Part shown: in pieces, positions 55,460-62,453 of the stretch
Numbering within the stretch: the first letter of the stretch is position 1
Layout: each line of letters begins with the position of its first letter
Origin: Candidatus Zipacnadia bacterium
Lineage (GTDB): Bacteria > Armatimonadota > Zipacnadia > Zipacnadales > Zipacnadaceae
Assembly (NCBI GenBank): GCA_029821195.1
Contig: JALGTU010000002.1
Span: 1-62,453, forward strand
DNA length: 62,453 nucleotides
Direction of reading: 5' to 3'
The notes under the pieces: generated by a model
The model's input: only the letters and a program-made list of their open reading frames with translations
Database searches by the model: none
What the model was told of the DNA's origin: nothing
Translations under genes and position numbers: made by a program

Positions 55460-57679
55460 TTGAGGAGTGCAGGGCAGATGCCGCGACGCAAAAAGCAAGA
55501 TAGGAAGCCTTCCTTCCTGATCTTCTGGCTGGTTAGCCTGGATCAGCTCCAGCAGCGCCGGCTGGTGCTTGCACTCACCACGGTCGCGCTGCTGTTCTTC
55601 ACTCTGTGGGCGCGGGTGCTGCCGGCGAAGGTAGACTGGTCGCTGGGAGATGCCGCCGACCGCACGATTATCGCTCCGCGTAGCACAGTCTACATCTCCA
55701 CCGAGCAGACCGAAGAACTCCGCGACAAGGCCGAGGCGGGAGTGCCCCAGCAATACCGACCTGTTGCCGACGCCAAAGACAAAGTGGTGCGCGTGATCGG
55801 CGATATCTTCGCCCAGGCCCGTGACATTCGCCAGAACAGCCCTGATCTGCCGATTGTTGATAAGATGGAAGACCTCCAGGAGCGGCTGGCCCTTAACCTG
55901 AGCAACGCGACGCTGCGAATCGCGGTAGAGAAGCCGGCAACTACCCTCGAGCAAATCGAGGCGGCGGCTCGGGACCTGGCAGGCACGGAGATGGGCAAGC
56001 CGCTGCGCGAGCATACTGATGACCTGGAGCAAGCACGGCGGCGCATCGAGGAGCGCGCGACAAAACTGGGCTTAACGCGCGCGGCCGCCGCCGCGGCGGC
56101 CGAAATAGCACGCCTGACCATCAAGCCCAACCTCGCTTTCGATAGCGAGAGCACTGCCAAAGAACGCAAGCGCGCCCGCGAAGAAGTCCAGCCCGTGGAG
56201 CGTACCGTACAGGCGGGCGATATAATCATCGCCGAGGGCGAGCGCGTCACTCAAGACCACATGGACATGTTCGAGAGACTGGGCCTGATCAATCCGGCAA
56301 TCAACTACTCCCAGGCCCTGGCGATGCTGGCGCTGCTAGCGTTCATAGTCGCGCTGCTGTGGGCCATTACGGATCGCTTTGCCCCAGCCATCTACAACGA
56401 TATGGGCCGGCTGGGATTGCTCAGCGTGGTGATAATCGCCGCCGCACTGATCTTCCGTATCAGCCAGCAATCGGTATATTTCGAGGCCATAGTGCTCACG
56501 GCAGTCACTGCCGCATGTATGTTACTCGCCATTGCCACCCAGCCCATACTCGCCTCTTCGACTGCCGCTGTACTCGGGCTGCTGATCGGCATCGTGACGC
56601 CCGCGAGCGATGTCCGACTCGTAGTCGTTACCATTGTCTGCGGCCTGCTCGCCGCCAACGTGATTACCATCCGCGGCACCTGGAGCCGAACCATTGCTCT
56701 GGCCGCGGTGATGGTCGCTGTGGGCAATGCCGTCGCTCTGCTCATCGCTACCGAGGCATTTGATTTAACGCAAGACTGGAAGGTGCTGGGCGTCACTGCG
56801 CTGGGGGCAGTCGCCGCCACATTGCTGGCCGTCGGTGCTATCACTGTCCTGGAGCGGCCCCTGGCCCTGCTTACTGACCTGCGGCTGATGGAGCTCTCCA
56901 ATCCTAACGAGCCAATCCTGCGCCAGCTTCGCCGGGAGGCCCCGGCGACCTACCAGTCCGCCGTAATGGTCGCCAACCTGGCCGAGCAAGCCGCCGAAGC
57001 CATCGGGGCTAACAGCCTACTGGCACACACCGCCGCACTCTACCACGACATCGGTAAGCTGAAGCGCCCATACTTCTTCGTGGAGAATCAATTCGGCGGC
57101 GAGAACCCGCACGACAAGCTCACTCCTCACCTGAGTGCGCTGGTGATAATTGCCCACATCAGAGACGGCCTGGAAATAGCCCGGGAGATCAACCTGCCTC
57201 CGGCCATCGCCAGTGCCATCCCCCAGAGCCACGGTACTTATCTCATCGAGTACTTCTACCGCAAAGCCCTGGAGCAAGCCGGGCCCGACGAGGAGGTTTC
57301 TGAGGAGAGCTACCACTACCCCGGTCCCAAACCGCAAACCAAAGAAAATGCTATCGTTATGGTGGCTGATATTGTCGAGGCAGCCGCTCGCACCCTCGAC
57401 GAACCTACCCCCAGCAACGTCGAGAAGATGGTGACTAAGCTGGTGGACCACAAGATCGCCGAGGGTCAATTTGACGAGTGTCCCATCACCTTCGCCGACG
57501 TCAAGCAGATCAAAGAAAGCCTCATCGCTAGCCTCAATACCATGTTCCACCAACGCATTAAGTATCCGGACCAGATCGAGCGTGATGCCCAAGAAGTAGC
57601 CAATGCTTACGGTCAGAAGGCAGAGAACGGCAGACAAAGGCAGACACCGACAGAAAACAGCGGACAGCAACTGGGGTAA
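55460..57679 (+). CDS. 7TM-receptor/HD-domain membrane phosphohydrolase (PgpH/YqfF-like)
   Basis: 739 aa. An extracellular N-domain, seven TM helices and a C-terminal HD domain with LYHDIGKLKRP. It sits in the conserved phoH-...-ybeY context. Confidence 0.8.
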   Translation: MRSAGQMPRRKKQDRKPSFLIFWLVSLDQLQQRRLVLALTTVALLFFTLWARVLPAKVDWSLGDAADRTIIAPRSTVYISTEQTEELRDKAEAGVPQQYRPVADAKDKVVRVIGDIFAQARDIRQNSPDLPIVDKMEDLQERLALNLSNATLRIAVEKPATTLEQIEAAARDLAGTEMGKPLREHTDDLEQARRRIEERATKLGLTRAAAAAAAEIARLTIKPNLAFDSESTAKERKRAREEVQPVERTVQAGDIIIAEGERVTQDHMDMFERLGLINPAINYSQALAMLALLAFIVALLWAITDRFAPAIYNDMGRLGLLSVVIIAAALIFRISQQSVYFEAIVLTAVTAACMLLAIATQPILASSTAAVLGLLIGIVTPASDVRLVVVTIVCGLLAANVITIRGTWSRTIALAAVMVAVGNAVALLIATEAFDLTQDWKVLGVTALGAVAATLLAVGAITVLERPLALLTDLRLMELSNPNEPILRQLRREAPATYQSAVMVANLAEQAAEAIGANSLLAHTAALYHDIGKLKRPYFFVENQFGGENPHDKLTPHLSALVIIAHIRDGLEIAREINLPPAIASAIPQSHGTYLIEYFYRKALEQAGPDEEVSEESYHYPGPKPQTKENAIVMVADIVEAAARTLDEPTPSNVEKMVTKLVDHKIAEGQFDECPITFADVKQIKESLIASLNTMFHQRIKYPDQIERDAQEVANAYGQKAENGRQRQTPTENSGQQLG

Positions 57680-57705
57680 GGGCGCATGTCCTCCAGCAAT
57701 CTGAT

Positions 57706-58125
57706 ATGAGGACAGAAATACGAGACCTGCAAGATACGCTGACCGACCTGCCCCAGCTCGAGCGGGTGATGCACGCTGCCGCCGAAAAGACGGACGCTGC
57801 GCTTGACAACCTGAGCGTCGTCCTGGTAGATGACGCGCGGATGGCCGAGCTCAACGAGCAGCTTCTGGGACGCTCAGGGCCTACCGACGTGATTGCCTTT
57901 GAGGCTGAAGAAGACGAAGAGGGCCGGAGCGGTGAGATCATAATCTCAGTGGAGACGGCTGTGCGCCAAGCCGAGGAGTACGGCCACAGCCTCACTCAGG
58001 AGCTGTGCCTGCTGGTGGTGCACGGGCTGTTGCACGTACTGGGCTACGAAGACGAGCCAGAGACGAAGCGTGCGGAGATGGAGCGGGTCCAGCAGGAACT
58101 CGTGAGCGAGATCGGCGCTTTGTAG
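57706..58125 (+). CDS. ybeY: Endoribonuclease YbeY (rRNA maturation)
   Basis: 139 aa with the zinc motif HGLLHVLGYEDE. Confidence 0.9.
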   Translation: MRTEIRDLQDTLTDLPQLERVMHAAAEKTDAALDNLSVVLVDDARMAELNEQLLGRSGPTDVIAFEAEEDEEGRSGEIIISVETAVRQAEEYGHSLTQELCLLVVHGLLHVLGYEDEPETKRAEMERVQQELVSEIGAL

Positions 58126-58164
58126 GGGCAACATATGTATCGCGACAGGAATGTCGCTCCTACC
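58122..58164 (+). repeat. Nested REP-like hairpin with TACC tail
   Basis: GTAGG...GCGACA-ggaa-TGTCGC-T-CCTAC followed by C. It overlaps the ybeY TAG stop. Confidence 0.5.
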
Positions 58165-58273
58165 ATATTGACCAGGGTCCTCGACGAGCTCACGACACGT
58201 AGTCGGGGCAAGGGTGCCCCTCCCACAACTTCTGCAGCAGTCTCTATTCAAGAAACGAGTTGTCCGTAAGCCC

Positions 58274-59611
58274 TTACTCTCCCCCGATTACCTGCACCGA
58301 GGAGAGCCGCACGCTGGGGACGATGCTGCCCGGCTCCTCGCGATAATCACTGGAGACCGCGTCAACTTGCCCAAGCAAATCGAATATGTCCCCGCCGATC
58401 ATTGTGTTCTTCACCGGATAAGCCAGCTCACCGTTCTCGATCTTGAAGCCGAAATCAACCGTCGCCGAGACATCGCCGCTGGCCGAATCGGGTACGACGT
58501 GCGCGGAGTTGACGTAGAGGCCCTCGTCAATTTCGCTGATTAGCTCCGCCTCAGTGCGTTCACCGGGCTGGATGAGCAAGTTGCTCGGCCCGATCCCGAC
58601 GCCCGGCGCAGGTCCGGAGCGGGCAGCGTGCGCCGTATTCTCGACGCCAGCCTTGTTAGCAGTGTAAGAATTGTGCAGGTACGTGGTCAGTACCCCCCGG
58701 TCCAGCAGCGCTCGCTTCGACTTCGGCACCCCTTCACCGTCCCAGGCCCGAGAACTAACCCCGGCCGGGATAAAGGGGTCTTCGGTCACCGTAAGCAGTT
58801 CGCTGGCAACCCGCTCGCCGGCCTTGCCCACCATAAAGGTCCGCTTGCGCTGGACACTTTCCGCATCGGCAGCGGCAATCGGGCTGACGACAAAGCTCTC
58901 CGCGCTCAAGGGGCCCATCACCACGGGCATCTGGGCGGTCTTCACGTGCCTGGCCCCCAGAAATCGGCAGGCCTGTTCCGTAGCCTGGCGGCCAACGCCC
59001 TCGGGCACAAAATCGGCCATTCGCCGGGCGACATCATACTCGAAGTAAGCGCCGACCTCCTCGCCCTCATGCACTACAGCCATGAAAGCAATCTGGGTCA
59101 TGGTGCTGCGGACACCTAGAGCGATGCCGGTCGAACTGGCCAGCGCGGACTCCCCTTCGCCCAGACTGGCTCCGCCAGAGAGCGCCACCTGCGCGCTGAC
59201 CTCACGCGCATCCTCGATTCCCGCCTGGCACCACTGCACGACCCGAGCAGAGGACAGCCCAGCGATCTCGTCATCGAACAACTCACCGACGCCGGCAACC
59301 TCGCCCGGCTCGGGGAGCGCAGCGAAGTCCGGATCAGGATGAGTAGCCTTGGCCAGTGAGGCCGCCTGCTCGCCGCAGGCGCGAACTTCGGCCAAGTCGA
59401 GGCTCTGGCTGCTCGCCAGGCCTAACCCGCCGTTGACGAAGGCCCGCACCCCGACGCCGTAATCGCGACTGACCTGGCACTCTCTGATGCTGCTTTTCTC
59501 GACCTCAACCGCAACGAATCGGGCGGAGGCGCATACTGCATCCGCCCAATCAGCTCCTGCTGCCACTGCAGCAGCTACCGCCGCCTGAGCAATATCAAGC
59601 AAAGTGGTCAA
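58274..59611 (-). CDS. TldD/PmbA-family metalloprotease subunit
   Basis: 445 aa with the family-typical C-terminus (...ISEIDEGLYV...G.....G.KIENGEL..PV....I.G....L...). No partner TldD/PmbA paralog is adjacent. Confidence 0.75.
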   Translation of the reverse strand: MTTLLDIAQAAVAAAVAAGADWADAVCASARFVAVEVEKSSIRECQVSRDYGVGVRAFVNGGLGLASSQSLDLAEVRACGEQAASLAKATHPDPDFAALPEPGEVAGVGELFDDEIAGLSSARVVQWCQAGIEDAREVSAQVALSGGASLGEGESALASSTGIALGVRSTMTQIAFMAVVHEGEEVGAYFEYDVARRMADFVPEGVGRQATEQACRFLGARHVKTAQMPVVMGPLSAESFVVSPIAAADAESVQRKRTFMVGKAGERVASELLTVTEDPFIPAGVSSRAWDGEGVPKSKRALLDRGVLTTYLHNSYTANKAGVENTAHAARSGPAPGVGIGPSNLLIQPGERTEAELISEIDEGLYVNSAHVVPDSASGDVSATVDFGFKIENGELAYPVKNTMIGGDIFDLLGQVDAVSSDYREEPGSIVPSVRLSSVQVIGGE

Positions 59612-59668
59612 TAGACATCCTCCTGTTGCTTTGCGCCGATCGAGTTGCGGAAGGTGGCGTTTGCCGCC

Positions 59669-60301
59669 TTAGCGATGTACGACGGTCGCATCGAAGTCAT
59701 CGTCCCGTAACTTCTGTGCCAGCTTGTCTGCATCCTCGCGGCTGGCAAAGCTGTCCACGTTCACGCGGTGGTAGGTGACGCCATCCTTTGCAATCTGCCC
59801 GACAGTCGGCGCGTAGCCCTTTGCCTGGAGACGCTCAACCTGGTTGCTCGCATTCTCCACCTGCAGGAACGAGCCAGCTACCACCACCCACTCACCTGTC
59901 CCACGGGTACTGGCCTCGTCGCGGGCTACACCCCGGTCAGCCGCCGCAGCATTCAGTTCAGCACCGTCCTGCGGGCCCGAGTCTTCGACCTGCCGCTCAA
60001 GCTCGTGCATCTTGATCTCAGCCTTCTCGCCCTCGCTGGGGGCCCGCTCCTCGATCTCGACCACCGCCTGCAAAGGGGGCTCACCCTGCTCCGAGCCGGG
60101 CCCGGTCTCCGTGCCGCCGTCATCTGTGGGCAGAGCAGTCTGCCGCTGCTTGTCCAGGTCCACCTCGGCCAGTCGCTGCCCCACCCAGTTGCGCCCAGCC
60201 TGATAGCTGAGCAGGCCGGCAATTACACAGATCAGCAGTACTATCAGCCAGAAGCCGAGGGCTTCACGCCTTTGTTGCTCCCTGGTGTTCCCCCGTAGCA
60301 T
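59669..60301 (-). CDS. SPOR-domain (peptidoglycan-binding) membrane-anchored protein
   Basis: 210 aa. An N-terminal TM helix and a charged linker are followed by the C-terminal WVVVAGSFLQVENASNQVERLQAKGYAPTV...YHRVNVDSFASREDADKLAQKLR, which is a SPOR fold pattern. Confidence 0.7.
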   Translation of the reverse strand: MLRGNTREQQRREALGFWLIVLLICVIAGLLSYQAGRNWVGQRLAEVDLDKQRQTALPTDDGGTETGPGSEQGEPPLQAVVEIEERAPSEGEKAEIKMHELERQVEDSGPQDGAELNAAAADRGVARDEASTRGTGEWVVVAGSFLQVENASNQVERLQAKGYAPTVGQIAKDGVTYHRVNVDSFASREDADKLAQKLRDDDFDATVVHR

Positions 60302-60366
60302 AATCTACCCTCCCCATCTTGCTAAGCTAGTGTAACAGTTGCTGCGTCGCGGGATAGTAATTGCCC

Positions 60367-60593
60367 TAACCCGGAAAATTCATGAACGACTTTCGTGAAG
60401 AACCCGCTTTTTGGGAAAAAGCCGGTTTTTCACACTTTTCCGGCAAAAACTTCTAATAGTGAGCAACAGGGCGACAAATACAGCATGTCGTTATTCGTAA
60501 GAACCTGTGAATTGGCGTTTATGCAGTGTACGACACTTTGGGCTCTCTTGCAGATGTGTACTCCTTGTGCTGTGTGAGTAGAGGTTAATGATA
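60367..60593 (+). mobile_element. MITE-like intergenic element, copy E (227 bp, most divergent)
   Basis: The left end TA-ACCCGGAAAATTCATGAACGA is followed by the hairpin at 60395-60433 (GTGAAGAACC/GGTTTTTCAC) and the GCCGG...CCGGCAAAAACTT core. The right half has diverged and the right TIR is not recognisable. However, a TA sits at 60592-60593, which gives the family length. Confidence 0.5.
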
Positions 60594-60647
60594 GCACGAA
60601 GACGGACATTAGGCAAGCGAACAGCTCCTGTAAGGCTCCTTCGGCGC

Positions 60648-62453
60648 TCATCCGAACCATACTCCCCAGCGCAGGAAGGCGCCGCCCAGCGCCGCCGACA
60701 GCGAACCCCAGATCAGCCCAGCGGTTATGAAATGCCCCAGGGCAAACCCCAAGAAGGCGGGCAGCGCCTGCAAGTATAACCGGCTCCCCCCGTAGCGCAG
60801 GATCAGAGTCTTGGCCAGCCAGACGATCAGAAATGGCGACCATACCAGGTTGCCGTAGGCGCAGGCCACCACGTAGCCGATGGGGTGCAGCGGGAAGGCC
60901 AGCCAGCGCGCCCGCGCGGTACTGAGCAGCGCGCTGAGCAAGCCACCGAAAGAGGTCGCGATGATCCGCGGGACGTCCGGTGGGGTGGGCTGTTCCGCCG
61001 CATGCAGGACATTGAGGTACTCTTGTTGGGCGTGAGGCGCGCCCCAGATGCCCCCACGCAAGCCTACGCCACCCTCCTGGTAGTAAGGCTGTAAGTGGAA
61101 AATGAACGCAGTCGCCGCGCCAAAGCCGATAGCCAGCACCATCGTCCAGGCAATTTGCCGGTAGGTTACGCCGGTCTGCTGGCCCAGGCGGACCCCCTCG
61201 ATCTCATAGCCGGAGATCGTCGGGAAGTACCCGCGCGAGAGAAACCCCATCAAGGCAAACATGGTCGGGGAGGCTAGATTCTGTACATCGCTGACGATCC
61301 GGGCCTGGCCCAGGAAATTCCAGAGCACCTTCTGCTGCTGACCATAGGGAAAGGCCCAAACCAGCGGCACCCCGGTCTCCGCTCGCACCCGGGCATAAAC
61401 CAGCGCGACGAGCAGCAGTATGCCCAGGTACAGCCCGGCCAGCCACAGCTCCATTCCCGCTGTAACCAAGAAGACGACTAGCCCGAAAATCCCCACGACT
61501 ACGCCCAACAGCCACCAGTGAAGTGCCGACCGGGCATCATTGCTGCCCACAGCAGCTTCTCTCAATCCTCGCCAGGCCAACCGGATCGCGTCTCGGCCCG
61601 TCCAGACCAATACCAACCCCAGGATCAGATAAGCGCCGATCCCCTGCTCCTGGGCAAAGGGTATACCGCTCAGGCGGTATCCGGCTGCCGTCAGCCCGAC
61701 CGCCTGTAGTTTGTGGAACAGGTAGAAGAACCATATCGAGAAAGAAAGCTCCGTGGAGACCAGATAGCCCAGCCCGATGAGTGCGGGCCGAATCTGCACG
61801 GTTAGCGGTCTTATCGCTGCCCAGGGATAATCTACTATTTGCCTGCCCAGGTTAAGGCGCAAGCAGCCCTTGGGTCCCGCAAAGAAGACTGCGCGGACCA
61901 TGCAGATCACGTTCAGCACCGTGGCCAGGGCGATGCCAATCCACGTCATCGGATTGCGGAAGAAGGACACCGCGGTCCGATTGCCGATTATCTCCATCGG
62001 CAGGCGCACCAGGGGGAAGACCAGCCGCTCGTGGTCTATCCAGCGCTCGGCAAAAAGCATAACCAAGCACAGCAGCGTGCCGCCGAACAGCAGGAAGAAG
62101 CCCGTCCAAGCTGCCATCGGCGTCAGCCAGGCATCCCACGGCACCTGGCCAAAGGGCGAGGCCTCGTATAACCACTGATGAACGGTGGGATCGGACGGCG
62201 ACAGCCAGCCGGGAATGTGAACAGCCAGCTTGGCCAGCGGAGCCGCGGCCGTCGAGTAGTAATACGGTACGCTGATACACGCGATCAAGAAACGGACTAT
62301 GCCACAGCCGTACATCGTCGTAGCGACTGTTACGAACAGATAGACCACCACCAGCTCGCCATTGGAGAGCGCGCGCACCAGGGGGAGCCGGCGAATGAGC
62401 GGATTGATTGCCAACAGAAGTAACAACGCAGTGAGGCCGGGGATTGCCGGCAC
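60648..62453 (-). CDS. DUF6785/DUF6784-like polytopic membrane protein, paralog of 4498..6498; the N-terminus probably lies beyond the right window edge
   Basis: At least 601 aa, open to the last base of the window. It shares the blocks listed for 4498..6498. Confidence 0.75.
   Translation of the reverse strand: MPAIPGLTALLLLLAINPLIRRLPLVRALSNGELVVVYLFVTVATTMYGCGIVRFLIACISVPYYYSTAAAPLAKLAVHIPGWLSPSDPTVHQWLYEASPFGQVPWDAWLTPMAAWTGFFLLFGGTLLCLVMLFAERWIDHERLVFPLVRLPMEIIGNRTAVSFFRNPMTWIGIALATVLNVICMVRAVFFAGPKGCLRLNLGRQIVDYPWAAIRPLTVQIRPALIGLGYLVSTELSFSIWFFYLFHKLQAVGLTAAGYRLSGIPFAQEQGIGAYLILGLVLVWTGRDAIRLAWRGLREAAVGSNDARSALHWWLLGVVVGIFGLVVFLVTAGMELWLAGLYLGILLLVALVYARVRAETGVPLVWAFPYGQQQKVLWNFLGQARIVSDVQNLASPTMFALMGFLSRGYFPTISGYEIEGVRLGQQTGVTYRQIAWTMVLAIGFGAATAFIFHLQPYYQEGGVGLRGGIWGAPHAQQEYLNVLHAAEQPTPPDVPRIIATSFGGLLSALLSTARARWLAFPLHPIGYVVACAYGNLVWSPFLIVWLAKTLILRYGGSRLYLQALPAFLGFALGHFITAGLIWGSLSAALGGAFLRWGVWFG

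Noticed and set aside
4276-60593. The five repeats considered as a CRISPR array or as riboswitches or leaders of the downstream genes.
   Set aside because: The copies are about 226 bp long and kilobases apart, so they are not a CRISPR array. They have no consistent orientation relative to the flanking genes, and those genes are functionally unrelated. A cis-regulatory leader is therefore unlikely.

Overview
This is a high-GC chromosomal window from a diderm bacterium, judged from LptC/LptA-type genes. The lineage cannot be named from sequence alone.

**Coding content.** I call about 45 protein genes.
- Core genes: def-fmt, priA, metK, coaBC, gmk, smc, ftsY, rodA, an MreB homologue, HIT-phoH-7TM/HD-ybeY, ogt and a TldD/PmbA protein.
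- Envelope genes: an LptC/LptA-like pair, an M48 protease, and a flippase/YfhO/B12-radical-SAM/GT-C operon.
- Other notable genes: a corrinoid protein with its reductive activase, a secreted surface protein of about 2,300 aa, two paralogous DUF6785-like polytopic membrane proteins, and an orphan 1,342-aa BrxC/PglY-like P-loop NTPase.
- One real partial gene at the left edge (1-779, minus strand) is missing from the supplied ORF track.
- By eye I found no rRNA, tRNA or CRISPR array.

**Most unusual signal.** It is non-coding. Five co-oriented copies of a 225-227 bp element lie in intergenic gaps at 4276, 12086, 29556, 31059 and 60367.
- Each copy is flanked by TA, and the better-preserved copies have imperfect terminal inverted repeats of about 20 bp.
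- Each carries a long internal hairpin whose stem is kept by compensatory substitutions between copies.
- Copies sit exactly on gene stop codons, split the gmk-coaBC-metK string twice, and follow both DUF6785-like paralogs.

**Second repeat family.** Short GC-rich REP-like hairpins with a TACC tail are also scattered through intergenic gaps.

**Limits.** All functional calls rest on motifs read from the translations. No database search was possible.
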